Shown piece by piece: positions 20,391 to 30,248 of a stretch of 64,000 nucleotides of DNA. Origin of the DNA: Syntrophales bacterium (GTDB taxonomy: Bacteria; Desulfobacterota; Syntrophia; Syntrophales; PHBD01); NCBI GenBank assembly GCA_963668175.1, contig OY764159.1:3040001-3104000 (forward strand), written 5' to 3'. How positions within the stretch are numbered: the stretch's first letter is position 1; each line of letters opens with the position of its first letter. The notes under the pieces were generated by a model, which was not told where the DNA came from, made no database searches, and worked only from the letters and a program-made list of their open reading frames with translations. The translations under genes and the position numbers were made by a program.

Positions 20391-22625
20391 ATGGGTACGG
20401 TGCACACCACGGGCTGCGTCCTTTGCGCCCAGAATTGCGGCCTCAAGGTGGAAGTCGAGAACAACCGCATGGTCAAGGCGAAGGGGGATAAGGAAAACCT
20501 CCGCAGCGAGGGTTACGTCTGCCGGAAGGGCATGAACGTCGCCTATCACCAGCACAACGCCGACCGCCTGAAATACCCCCTGAAGCGTTCGGGCGATTCG
20601 TGGGAGCGCATCTCCTGGGACCAGGCCTTAGACGAAATCGCCGCGAGACTGAAAAATATTGTGACCGAGCACGGCGCCCGGTCCTTCGCCTACATGGGCG
20701 GCGGCGGCCAGGGATGCCACTTCGAGGCCGCCTTCGGCGTCCGTCTTCTGCGAGGTTTGGGCTCCCAGTATCACTATAACGCCATCGGCCAGGAATTCTC
20801 CGGCATGTTCTGGGTGCACGGCCGCACGTACGGCCGCCAGTACCTCTACACCGAACCGGATATCGAGGAAACGGACATGCTGCTCGCCATCGGCTGGAAC
20901 GGCATGCAGAGCCACCAGATCCCCCAGGCCCCCAGGCACATCCAGCGGCTATCCAGGGACCCGGACAAGCTTTTGGTCGTCGTCGACCCGAGAAAGTCGG
21001 AAACGGCGGCGCTGGCCGACATCCATCTGCCCATCCGCCCCGGGACCGACGCCCTCCTCCTTCGCGCCATGATCGCCATCGTGCTTCAGGAAGGTTGGGA
21101 GAACAAGGAGTACATAGAAAAGCATACCACCGGATTCGATGCGATCAGGCCCCTTTTCGCCGGATTCGACACCGAAGCCGCCGTCCGCACCTGCGGTCTC
21201 GATTACACCCGAATCCGCGAGGTCTGCCGCCTTTTTGCTACCCGTAAATCGTCCCTGCGGAACGACCTCGGCATCTACATGAACCGCCACAGCACCGCCG
21301 CATCGTACCTGGAGGTCGTCTTCCTCGCCCTTTGCGGGCGCATCGGCGTCCGGGGCGGCAACATCTTTCACGGCCACCTCATGCCCATCGGCGCCCACTG
21401 CGACGAACGGAACCCCAAGACATGGAAGACCGTCGCCACGGGCTTCCATCCCGTGCTGAGCGTCTTTCCGCCGAACTGTCTCCCGGAGGAGATTCTCTCG
21501 GACCGTCCGGAGCGCATCCGGGCCGTCTACGTCACCGGCGCGAACCCCCTGCGTTCCTTCGCCGACACAACCGCCTACGAAAAGGCCTTCGGGAAGCTCG
21601 ATCTCCTCGTCACGGCGGAAATGGCCATGACGGAGACGGCGGCGCTCTCCCACTACGTCCTGCCGTCGCTTTCGGCATATGAGTCCTGGGACGGGACGTT
21701 CTTCGCCCACACCTTCCCGGGCATCTTCTTCCAGATGCGCCGTCCCATCGTGGCGGCGGAGGGAGAGCCCCTGGAGATCGCCGAAATCCATCTCCGCCTC
21801 GCCGACCGCCTCGGGCTGATCCCGCCCATCCCGGACAGCCTGCACGAGGCCGCCAAGGCCGACCGCATGACCTTCGGCATGGCCCTCCTCGATTTCGTCC
21901 AGAAGGAGCCGGCGGCCGTGAAGTCCCTGCCCTTCATCCTGGGCAAGACCCTGGGCCGGGCCATGGGGTCCGTGAATCTCGCCGCACTCTGGGGCATGCT
22001 CCAGACGCTGCCAAAAACCTTCCGCAAACATGCCGCCCGGGCGGGGTTTCCCACGGGTCTGGAAATGGGCGAAGCACTTTATCAGAAAATCGTGGACCAT
22101 CCCGAAGGGCTCTGGATCGGACAGACCGACCCGGAGAAGAACATGGAAAACCTCCAGACGGAGGACGGAAAGATCAACCTCGTCATCCCCGAATTGAATT
22201 CCTGGATCGAGGGCATCACTGCGGAGAACGAGGAAGCGGCCCTCAAGCCCGATGCGGCTTTCCCGTTCGTCCTCATGGCCGGGCGGCACTTCAGCATGAA
22301 CGCGAACACCCTGATGCGGGACCCCGCCTGGAACGAAGGCAAGAGGGATTGCACGCTCCTTATGCACCCCGAAGACGCAGCCGACCTTTCCCTCGCCGAC
22401 GGTCAGACCGTCCGCGTGACGACGGAGGCGGGTGCCGCGGATATAGCCGTCGAACTGACGGACACGGCCCACCGGGGCCACGTGGTCATTCCCCACGGCT
22501 TCGGCCTCGTCTATGACGGCAAGGTTTACGGCGTCAACGTGAACCGCCTCACGAAGAACACCCACCGGGACCCGCTGGGAACGCCGATCCACCGCTACGT
22601 CCCCTGCCGGATCGAGGCGGTATGA
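20391..22625 (+). CDS. Cytoplasmic molybdopterin (Mo/W-bisPGD) oxidoreductase, DMSO-reductase superfamily
   Basis: CVLCAQNC..C 4Fe-4S motif, RLKYPLKR, ISWDQALDEIA, IRPGTD, C-terminal MHPEDA domain; no Tat signal. Confidence 0.9.
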   Translation: MGTVHTTGCVLCAQNCGLKVEVENNRMVKAKGDKENLRSEGYVCRKGMNVAYHQHNADRLKYPLKRSGDSWERISWDQALDEIAARLKNIVTEHGARSFAYMGGGGQGCHFEAAFGVRLLRGLGSQYHYNAIGQEFSGMFWVHGRTYGRQYLYTEPDIEETDMLLAIGWNGMQSHQIPQAPRHIQRLSRDPDKLLVVVDPRKSETAALADIHLPIRPGTDALLLRAMIAIVLQEGWENKEYIEKHTTGFDAIRPLFAGFDTEAAVRTCGLDYTRIREVCRLFATRKSSLRNDLGIYMNRHSTAASYLEVVFLALCGRIGVRGGNIFHGHLMPIGAHCDERNPKTWKTVATGFHPVLSVFPPNCLPEEILSDRPERIRAVYVTGANPLRSFADTTAYEKAFGKLDLLVTAEMAMTETAALSHYVLPSLSAYESWDGTFFAHTFPGIFFQMRRPIVAAEGEPLEIAEIHLRLADRLGLIPPIPDSLHEAAKADRMTFGMALLDFVQKEPAAVKSLPFILGKTLGRAMGSVNLAALWGMLQTLPKTFRKHAARAGFPTGLEMGEALYQKIVDHPEGLWIGQTDPEKNMENLQTEDGKINLVIPELNSWIEGITAENEEAALKPDAAFPFVLMAGRHFSMNANTLMRDPAWNEGKRDCTLLMHPEDAADLSLADGQTVRVTTEAGAADIAVELTDTAHRGHVVIPHGFGLVYDGKVYGVNVNRLTKNTHRDPLGTPIHRYVPCRIEAV

Positions 22626-22926
22626 CCTGAGAGCGTCGGGATCACCGTAATAGAATGCCTTCCTGCCGCGTCATTGCGGCTTCAAGAAGGGCATGTTCCC
22701 CGCCGTTTCGCCGTGCACCGCTGCCTATGCCATGCCCTGCCCTCTTTCCTGCCGGGTGTACAAAAAGAGGCCCGTTTTCCTTGATCGCCCGTCTTGACAT
22801 TTTTCAAATCGTGACCATCTATATTTCATAATCAGATCCCTGCATTTTTAATCTTATCACAGCAAGTCCCCTTTTCCCCGAAAGACAGGGCGAAAACCGG
22901 GGACGGATTTATTGAGGAGGATATGT

Positions 22927-24834
22927 ATGTCGGCAAAGAAAGAGACCCACGCATTCAAGACCGAAGTTCAGCAGTTACTAAAAATTATTATCAACTCCCT
23001 CTATTCGCATCCGGAGATCTTCCTGCGGGAGCTGATATCGAACGCCTCGGACGCCATCGACAAGCTGCGCTTCCGGGCCCAGACGGACGGCGACATCCTG
23101 GGTGACGACACGGAATTCAGGATCAAGATTATCCCGGACAGAAAGAAGCGGACGCTTACGATCGCCGACAACGGCATCGGGATGACCTACGACGAGGTCG
23201 TGGAGAACATCGGGACAATCGCCCGCAGCGGGACGGCGGGCTTCCTCGAAGCCGCGGCGGCGGGCAAGGACGCATCTTTGCCCGAACTGATCGGCCAGTT
23301 CGGCGTAGGTTTCTACAGCGCGTTCATCGTGGCCGACAAGGTCACGCTGATCACGAAGGCCGCCGGGAGCGACCGGGCGGTCAAATGGGAGTCGGACGGC
23401 GCCGGCGATTATACCATCGAGGAGACGGAGAAAGACAGTCGGGGGACGACCGTCGTCCTGAAGCTGAAAAAGGCCGAAAAAGACGGCCAGGATTTCACCG
23501 ACGAATGGACGATCCGGCAGATCGTCAAGACCCATTCCGACTTCGTCGCCTATCCCGTCGTCATGGACGTCGAAAAGAGCGAACCCGTCCTCGACAAGGA
23601 CGGGAAACCCGAGAAAGACGCGACAGCCAAGGTCGTCCGGGAAGAGACCCTGAACTCCATGAAGGCGATCTGGAGCAGGGATAAAAAGGAAGTCACGGAG
23701 GAGGAGTACGAGGAGTTCTACCGCCACATCGGCCACGATTGGAACCCGCCCCTGGCCCGGCTCCACGTCAAACTGGAAGGGGCTACGGAATATAACGCCC
23801 TCCTGTACATCCCGTCGCGGGCGCCATTCGACCTCTTCCACCGGGAAAAGAAGCACGGCATCCAGCTTTACTGTAAGCGTGTCTTCATCATGGACAACTG
23901 CGAGGAGCTGATGCCCCCTTACCTCTCCTTCATCAAGGGCGTCGTGGACGCCCCGGACCTGAGCCTCAACATCAGCCGCGAGATCCTCCAGCAGGACGCC
24001 CTCGTCCGGAACATCCGCAAGAACCTCGTCAAGAAAATCCTGGACCTCCTGGACGGCATGGAGAAGGAAAAATACGACGCCTTCTTCAAGGAATTCGGGC
24101 CGGTCTTCAAGGCGGGCATCGCCCAGGATACGGACAACAGGGCGAAACTGACGGAGCTTCTGCGCTTCCGGTCGACAAAATCCGACGGCGCCTGGATATC
24201 GCTCAAGGAGTATGCGGAGCGGATGCCCGCCGAGCAGAAAGAAATCTACTACATCACGGGCGACAGCCTGAACACGCTCCTCAACAGTCCGCACCTGGAG
24301 CGCCTCAAGGCCCGGGAGTACGAAGTGCTCCTCATGACGGACCCTATCGACGAGCTCGTCATCGGCTACCTCAACGAATACGATAAGAATCCTTTCAAGA
24401 GCGCCGAGAAGGGCGATCTGGACCTTGACGCCGGCGACGACGGGAAGAAGGAGGCATTTAAGGACCTCTTCGCCTTCATCAAAACCAGACTGGAAGAGAA
24501 GGTCAAGGATGTCAAGCCTTCCACCCATCTGCAGGATTCGGTGGCCTGCCTGTCGGGCGACAGCCACGACATGAGCGCTTATATGGAGAAGATTCTGAAG
24601 GCCGCCGGGCAGGAGACGCCCCCGGTCAAGCGCGTTCTGGAACTCAACATGGGGCACCCTCTGGTTGGGAAAATCAAGGAGATGTACGAGACGAACAAGG
24701 ATTCCGCCGTTCTGGGAGATTTATGCCTTCTCATCTTCGACATGGCGGTGATCGCCGAAGGAGGCAAGCCGGAGAACCCATCCCGGTTCGGAAAAATGAT
24801 CGGCGACCTGATGGCCACGGCCCTGGATTCGTGA
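22927..24834 (+). CDS. htpG: Molecular chaperone HtpG (Hsp90)
   Basis: [48 protein letters not shown]. Confidence 0.97.
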   Translation: MSAKKETHAFKTEVQQLLKIIINSLYSHPEIFLRELISNASDAIDKLRFRAQTDGDILGDDTEFRIKIIPDRKKRTLTIADNGIGMTYDEVVENIGTIARSGTAGFLEAAAAGKDASLPELIGQFGVGFYSAFIVADKVTLITKAAGSDRAVKWESDGAGDYTIEETEKDSRGTTVVLKLKKAEKDGQDFTDEWTIRQIVKTHSDFVAYPVVMDVEKSEPVLDKDGKPEKDATAKVVREETLNSMKAIWSRDKKEVTEEEYEEFYRHIGHDWNPPLARLHVKLEGATEYNALLYIPSRAPFDLFHREKKHGIQLYCKRVFIMDNCEELMPPYLSFIKGVVDAPDLSLNISREILQQDALVRNIRKNLVKKILDLLDGMEKEKYDAFFKEFGPVFKAGIAQDTDNRAKLTELLRFRSTKSDGAWISLKEYAERMPAEQKEIYYITGDSLNTLLNSPHLERLKAREYEVLLMTDPIDELVIGYLNEYDKNPFKSAEKGDLDLDAGDDGKKEAFKDLFAFIKTRLEEKVKDVKPSTHLQDSVACLSGDSHDMSAYMEKILKAAGQETPPVKRVLELNMGHPLVGKIKEMYETNKDSAVLGDLCLLIFDMAVIAEGGKPENPSRFGKMIGDLMATALDS

Positions 24835-24946
24835 AGGGTCGTGTCCAAAAGGCCGCCGTTCCGGCAGTATATATAGAGTCATTGGCATGGGTGAGGGGTG
24901 AACAAGGATACGGGAGGCTGCAAGCAGCCCCCCGCTTGGTGAGGAG

Positions 24947-25612
24947 CTAGAAACCCATGCCAATGACGTTTTTCATGACCAAGCGCGCCTTCTCTTCCAG
25001 GGCCTTGACGGCAGCGGCGAGAGGCTGCCCGTTTTCGCGATACTGCATATCGTAGACCGCCATAATCGCTTCACGCTCCGGTCCCTTGGGAGCCGCTTCC
25101 AGCTTCTCCCGAAACTCCTCGATCCACGCTACGTGGTCGCGGTAGGCCCCGACGACGGTGACTGCTTCGGCGTCGAGTTCCGGGAAATAGAGGCTGGCGA
25201 TGAGGTGGATCGTGTTGATCGGCGGCGGAGACGTCTCGGCGGACGGTCTGAAGATCATGACGTCCCGCTCCCTTTCTTGCCAGTGATCGAGTTCAAACAG
25301 GGCCGTCAGCAGTTCCTCCAGCTTATAGCGCCTCAGGGTGTTGTATTCCTTCAGGGCCCAGTCTTTTCTTTCAAGCCGGGATTTATCGTCGGCATCCGCC
25401 GGCGGCGCTTCATCGCGGCGATGAGGGATGACGCCGTATCGCGTTTTGAAGGCAAACATCCGCATGCGCCCGCGGAAGAACTCGCTGATGAAACTGCCGG
25501 CGCAGGCGGCGGAAAACATCAGGACCGTGAAGACGAAATAGAATTTTCCTGAAAAGAATACCTGGCTGTCGATCATTTGTCTGGCCGTTTCGTAGGCCGC
25601 GGCGGTGTTCAT
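24947..25612 (-). CDS. Hypothetical protein with N-terminal TM helix
   Basis: 221-aa ORF with GGAG RBS; no recognisable family. Confidence 0.6.
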   Translation of the reverse strand: MNTAAAYETARQMIDSQVFFSGKFYFVFTVLMFSAACAGSFISEFFRGRMRMFAFKTRYGVIPHRRDEAPPADADDKSRLERKDWALKEYNTLRRYKLEELLTALFELDHWQERERDVMIFRPSAETSPPPINTIHLIASLYFPELDAEAVTVVGAYRDHVAWIEEFREKLEAAPKGPEREAIMAVYDMQYRENGQPLAAAVKALEEKARLVMKNVIGMGF

Positions 25613-25911
25613 ATCTTCTCCGCTTACCTTATCTATTGTATCAGAATGCCGTTCCGGCGGAACCCTTTTGACGCTGCCATAGGCGCATGGGGCGGTGTCT
25701 CGTATTGCGTGACCTTGCGGGCCCGGCCGTTTCTTTTGCTGCGGCGGGTCGGAATGAGGAAACAGTTCTCCGTTGCTCCGTCACGTTTTGAGCGATAATA
25801 AACGGGCCGGTCTGAAAATTCGGTGATTCAGATCACAAAAAATCGAGAATCGACGCCGGGATAAATCGGGCGGAAATGCCGGGTGCGGCGGGTCTTAAAC
25901 GCACCTTCCTC

Positions 25912-27015
25912 TTAGAGGCGCAGTGCGAGTTTTTCTTTGAGATCATACGGATAGGGAGGGCAGCCCCTGACGGCGACGTCGCAGGACCGGCCCTTCTTGA
26001 CGCTGCAGTTGCCGAAGGCGATCCGGCACCCGGAATCGCCCGGGACGCGTGCCTTTTTCGACCCCAGGAAAACGTGCAATTTTTCCGGAATCTCTTGTCC
26101 CAGTATCTCGAATGAAAGGTACAGGGCATTCATGCAGGAACTGCATGCATCGCTTTCATGGATGGTACATCCCGGCGGCACCTTCGCAGCGACCGCCGCT
26201 TTTTTGAAAGGATGCTTCACGGCGTCCACCGTTTCGCCGACCGTCTCGATCCGGGCAGGATCGATGCCGTTGTCCCTGAGGTAGAGATCGAGGTGTTTCA
26301 CGTCGTCCAGGGTATGCTCCATGATCCGGGCGCCGACGCAATCGACCTCGGCGCTCGACACCCCGGCGATGACGAGGTTGAGATCGACGGGGTCCCCGCC
26401 CCGCGGCCCCATGCGCTCCATGCAGCGTGTGGCGTCCACGATGTTGAGGTCCGGCTTGATCGTGCTGTTCAGGTCGACGATGGCCCTATCCAGCCCGGCT
26501 TCGTGGAAATGCCTCTTCGCATCCAGCACCAGGAGGCCTTTCAGGTTCTTCAGGGCCAGGGTGATGCCTGCGGCGTAGTGGACCTTCATGACGGGGATGT
26601 TGATGATCCGGTCGGCCGCGAAGACCTCCCGGGCGATCTTCAGGGTCTTCATGACATGCGGGTTTTTGACGGGCACGTCCACCGCCTGCGACCGGTTCAG
26701 GTTCATGAGCGAGATGCCGTAGCGCGAAGCGAGATCGGCATAGCCCGATTTTGCGAAGAACATGTCGGTCATCTTTTCGCTGCCGAAGGTCGCCTCGCCG
26801 ATGAAGATCTTCCTCGCGCTCATATCCTTGAGAAGCACGATGAGCGATTCCACGAGTTCAAGGCTCGTTACGCCCTCCGTGCCGTTGATGTTCGGTTTGA
26901 GCATGATGACGTCCCGGGGGCGCACGAAGGCCCCGAGCCCCCCGATCAGATCGAGGGCCTTAACCAGCGCGGGGGCGATGCCTGAGTCTGTCCTGACGAT
27001 GCTTACTTTTCCCAT
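25912..27015 (-). CDS. DUF362 domain protein with Cys-rich C-terminus (probable Fe-S)
   Basis: IMLKPN, IPVMKVH, TLALKNLKG, CSSC..GNC..GCPP. Confidence 0.85.
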   Translation of the reverse strand: MGKVSIVRTDSGIAPALVKALDLIGGLGAFVRPRDVIMLKPNINGTEGVTSLELVESLIVLLKDMSARKIFIGEATFGSEKMTDMFFAKSGYADLASRYGISLMNLNRSQAVDVPVKNPHVMKTLKIAREVFAADRIINIPVMKVHYAAGITLALKNLKGLLVLDAKRHFHEAGLDRAIVDLNSTIKPDLNIVDATRCMERMGPRGGDPVDLNLVIAGVSSAEVDCVGARIMEHTLDDVKHLDLYLRDNGIDPARIETVGETVDAVKHPFKKAAVAAKVPPGCTIHESDACSSCMNALYLSFEILGQEIPEKLHVFLGSKKARVPGDSGCRIAFGNCSVKKGRSCDVAVRGCPPYPYDLKEKLALRL

Positions 27016-27098
27016 GATGTCCTTTCCGTTACGCTACTTTTTCCAACACCCGCCCGTCGTTCCGGTCTTCCCGTCAATGTACCGCCCTTTGCACGAAC

Positions 27099-27881
27099 CT
27101 ATTTCCCTTCCTGTTTGAAGACATCCGTCAGGGGGATGCTCAATCCCACTTCGGGCCGGTAGCGGAGAAACGCCGGGATGGGATAGCGGACGCCCTTCTC
27201 GTGGGTCCGGGCGAGCCCCTCGACAAGATCGGCCAGATGGGACGCCGGAAGCGCATAGGCCATCTCGTGGTCCTGGGCCGTGGCCCAGACGCGGTCGCCG
27301 TTGCCCGGCACCACGACCTTCGGGAGCTGGTCGAGATGGGCGGCAATAACGCCTTCCGTACAGGAAGCCGCCCGGCCTGAGAAAGAGGAGACGACGGCCC
27401 GGCCCGTGCGATACGTGCTGCCGTGGAGACAGCGCATCAGCTGGGCCGGATTCATGTAGATGAGAACGACATCCGGTTCGACCTTCGTCCGCTCCAAAGG
27501 GGAATAGACCATGGCCTCGCACTGCCCCGGCGCCAGCGTCCGGAAGGAGGATAAAATCGTCTCGGCGGCCTCGCTGTCGGCGGCATAGTTCATCTTGAGG
27601 AGGAAGGCCATCGCCCCTTCTTTCCGGGCAGGCTCCCAGCCGTACGTGTGGTTGGCAATGGCGCAGCCCGAATCATCCTTCGTCAGGGCGACCGTCCAGC
27701 CGTACTTGCGCGCCATGGCCTGCAGCTGGCAGTGCGCCATGCGGACACCGAGGTCCTTGACCGGCGTCCGCGTCCCCGCAGGGATATCCCCGCTGTTCTT
27801 ACAGAATTTCACCGCCACGGGAAGCGTTTCGGTTTTCAGGTACTGATTCAACTCACCGCCAAGCTCCTGCCATGCCTTCAT
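27099..27881 (-). CDS. DUF169 family protein
   Basis: TLPVAVKF, AHCQ..ARKYG, EPDVVLIY.NPAQLMR, PGNGDR. Confidence 0.85.
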   Translation of the reverse strand: MKAWQELGGELNQYLKTETLPVAVKFCKNSGDIPAGTRTPVKDLGVRMAHCQLQAMARKYGWTVALTKDDSGCAIANHTYGWEPARKEGAMAFLLKMNYAADSEAAETILSSFRTLAPGQCEAMVYSPLERTKVEPDVVLIYMNPAQLMRCLHGSTYRTGRAVVSSFSGRAASCTEGVIAAHLDQLPKVVVPGNGDRVWATAQDHEMAYALPASHLADLVEGLARTHEKGVRYPIPAFLRYRPEVGLSIPLTDVFKQEGK

Positions 27882-27999
27882 GTTTCCCCCCTTATTTATA
27901 GCAAGTTGGATTTATGGTCCTTGAACAAATGAGTCGTCCAGGACAGACGGCAGCGTCTTCCTTGTTCGTTCCGGGAAGGACGGCTCTATGTATTTTCGC

Positions 28000-28965
28000 T
28001 TACGGTCCGGAAACATCGACCACGCGTTTCTGCAGGGCTTCCGCCAACGATCTTGCCGCTTGCTCATCCTTGAATCGGATGGCGCCGATAAGATGTTTTC
28101 CCCGGCGGCCGACGATGACCTTTCCAAAGAGCGGGTCGGCGGCGGCGACAAAGCCGCCCTCTCCGATGCCCTTGTCGTTCGGCTTTCCCAGGTAGGCCAG
28201 GTATTCGCCCAGGGCCTTCCGGGCCGCGGCTTCCGAATCCTCGATAACGGCGAAAACCTGAATGCGTTCACCGGAAAGCAAGGCCTCGGCGACGATGCCC
28301 CGGCGGAAGAAGGCATATCCCAGAAGGCTTTTGGCGATATACCGCTCGCTTTTCGGAATGACGCCCTGAAGGGCGAACGCTTCAAGCTCGCGCGGCTTGG
28401 CGGCCGACGGCGGCAGACGCCGGGAGATATCCCGGGCCAGCCCGGTCAGGATTTCCTGATCGAGCTTATCCGCCCCGGAGACGGAGAGCCTCACGAAATA
28501 GCGGTCCTGGTAGAAGAGGAGCTGCGCCGAAGAGACGAATCCCTCGGCCCCGACCTTCACGGCCGTCGTATCGTCCGAGCGCCGGTAATTGGAGTAGATG
28601 CCGAAGGCGTCGAGCAGCGAGCCCATCCGGTAAACGTCAGCGACGACGGCCAGATCGGCGTTGGCGGCGTTTATATACGTCACCGCGGCAAGCTCGGCAA
28701 AGCCGTAAGGCATATAGAGTTCCGCCTCGCCGTCAATATGGTCGAAAAGATTATCTTTATCGAAAAGACGGACCGGACCCTCGGCCTTCCAGCCCCGGGC
28801 AAAGGCGGGTATGGGCAGCGCATCCGCCGTCGATTTCATCTCTTTTATGGCCGCGGCCTTCGCATCGGCTGCCGGTCGGTCATCGGCGGCCGCCCAGGTC
28901 GAAGCCCCCGGGGCAAGGAATAGGATGACGGCGGCCAGAACCGCCGCTAACTTCATTCTGATCAT
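28000..28965 (-). CDS. Exported protein, DUF6599-like
   Basis: Signal peptide; NLFDHIDGEAELY..YGF, DVYRMGS.LDAFGIYS. Confidence 0.7.
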   Translation of the reverse strand: MIRMKLAAVLAAVILFLAPGASTWAAADDRPAADAKAAAIKEMKSTADALPIPAFARGWKAEGPVRLFDKDNLFDHIDGEAELYMPYGFAELAAVTYINAANADLAVVADVYRMGSLLDAFGIYSNYRRSDDTTAVKVGAEGFVSSAQLLFYQDRYFVRLSVSGADKLDQEILTGLARDISRRLPPSAAKPRELEAFALQGVIPKSERYIAKSLLGYAFFRRGIVAEALLSGERIQVFAVIEDSEAAARKALGEYLAYLGKPNDKGIGEGGFVAAADPLFGKVIVGRRGKHLIGAIRFKDEQAARSLAEALQKRVVDVSGP

Positions 28966-29003
28966 GTCATTCTCTCGTTGTCTTGTTTAACAGGCCCTGT
29001 TCA

Positions 29004-30179
29004 TCAGGCGAAGAGCCGCCGCGCCCGCGCCATCTTCCCGGCGACGTCGAGGCCGTTGACGCACCTGGCCGTGCACGTGGCGCAATCTCCGCACGCCGCC
29101 GCCGACCGGTCCGGCGGTATCTCGCCGTATGCGGAACGGGCCAGCGCGACATCCCCGTATCCGTCGGCATACATGAGGCTGCGGTTGACCACGCTGATTT
29201 TCACGCCGCGGGGGCACCCCTTTTCGCAACGGGTGCAAAGGTGGCAATAGTAAGGTTTGATCGCCGCCCCGTAACTTTTCAGGATCATCTTGTCGAGAAC
29301 GCCGAATTTCATCCCCATGACGGCGACGTCCTCCATGAGGTGGGACATGTCCCTCATGCCGGGGATGGCGTTCGTGATATGGGGACTCTGCAGGGCCCAC
29401 TTGAGGGTCGCCTGGTGGGAGCTGATAGGACCGAGGGAATCCGTCGGATAGCCGCCGGCCTGGGTCTTCATGGCGATGATCCCGATACCGGCCCGGGCCG
29501 CACGGGCCACGGCCTCCCGGATGTCGGCGCTGCTCTGGAAGTTGTAGGCCACGAGGGCCGTGTCGAAGAATCTGTCCTTGTCATCGACGAGGCCATTGAC
29601 GACTTCCGCCTGGTTGCTGTGGGTCGTGATCCCGAAAAACCGGACTTTGCCCTGCTCCCGGAGCCGGACCAGGGCCTCACGGGTCTCCATATTGTAAATC
29701 CTCTCCGTGTCGGTGAGGCTGTGGAGCTGGATGACGTCGATGTGGTCGGTGCCAAGCGCCTTCAGGCTGGTCTCCACGTCGTTCGTGATCGCCTTCCGGG
29801 ACTTCGAGGAAGGCTGTGTCTTCGTGGCGACGTAGACCTTATCCCGTAGTCCCTTAAGCGCCCGGCCGACGATCTCCTCGTTCCGGCCGCCCATATAGCG
29901 CCGGGCCGTATCGACATAATTGATGCCGTGCTCGAAGGCGACGCGGATCACCTCCGACTCCGGCGTCAGCATGGCCCCGAAGCTCACGATGGTGACCTTC
30001 AATCCCGTCCGGCCGAGGGTCCTGTAAACGGGCTTGGGAAAGATGAAGTTCGCCGGCGCCGCATGCGCGATACTTTCGGCCAGTATCTCGCCGCCGAGAA
30101 CGGCCGACGCCGTCCCGGCCAGGCCCGCCTTGAGAAAATCCCGGCGGTTCATCCCCTTCCCTTCCGTCCTGATGCGCAT
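29004..30179 (-). CDS. Aldo/keto reductase with Tat signal and C-terminal 4Fe-4S domain
   Basis: NRRDFLK; RTLGRTG, DTARRY, ATK, QLH; CHLCTRCEKGCP and CGDCATCTARC. Confidence 0.88.
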   Translation of the reverse strand: MRIRTEGKGMNRRDFLKAGLAGTASAVLGGEILAESIAHAAPANFIFPKPVYRTLGRTGLKVTIVSFGAMLTPESEVIRVAFEHGINYVDTARRYMGGRNEEIVGRALKGLRDKVYVATKTQPSSKSRKAITNDVETSLKALGTDHIDVIQLHSLTDTERIYNMETREALVRLREQGKVRFFGITTHSNQAEVVNGLVDDKDRFFDTALVAYNFQSSADIREAVARAARAGIGIIAMKTQAGGYPTDSLGPISSHQATLKWALQSPHITNAIPGMRDMSHLMEDVAVMGMKFGVLDKMILKSYGAAIKPYYCHLCTRCEKGCPRGVKISVVNRSLMYADGYGDVALARSAYGEIPPDRSAAACGDCATCTARCVNGLDVAGKMARARRLFA

Positions 30180-30248
30180 ATCGTCCTCCTTTATAAAAAG
30201 CCTGTCCCGTTTCTATCCCTTCCGGTGTCAACGCACCGCAACGCCTCA

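Noticed and set aside
22790..22926. CIRCE/HrcA site upstream of htpG
   Set aside because: No TTAGCACTC-N9-GAGTGCTAA; only a TTGACA element is visible
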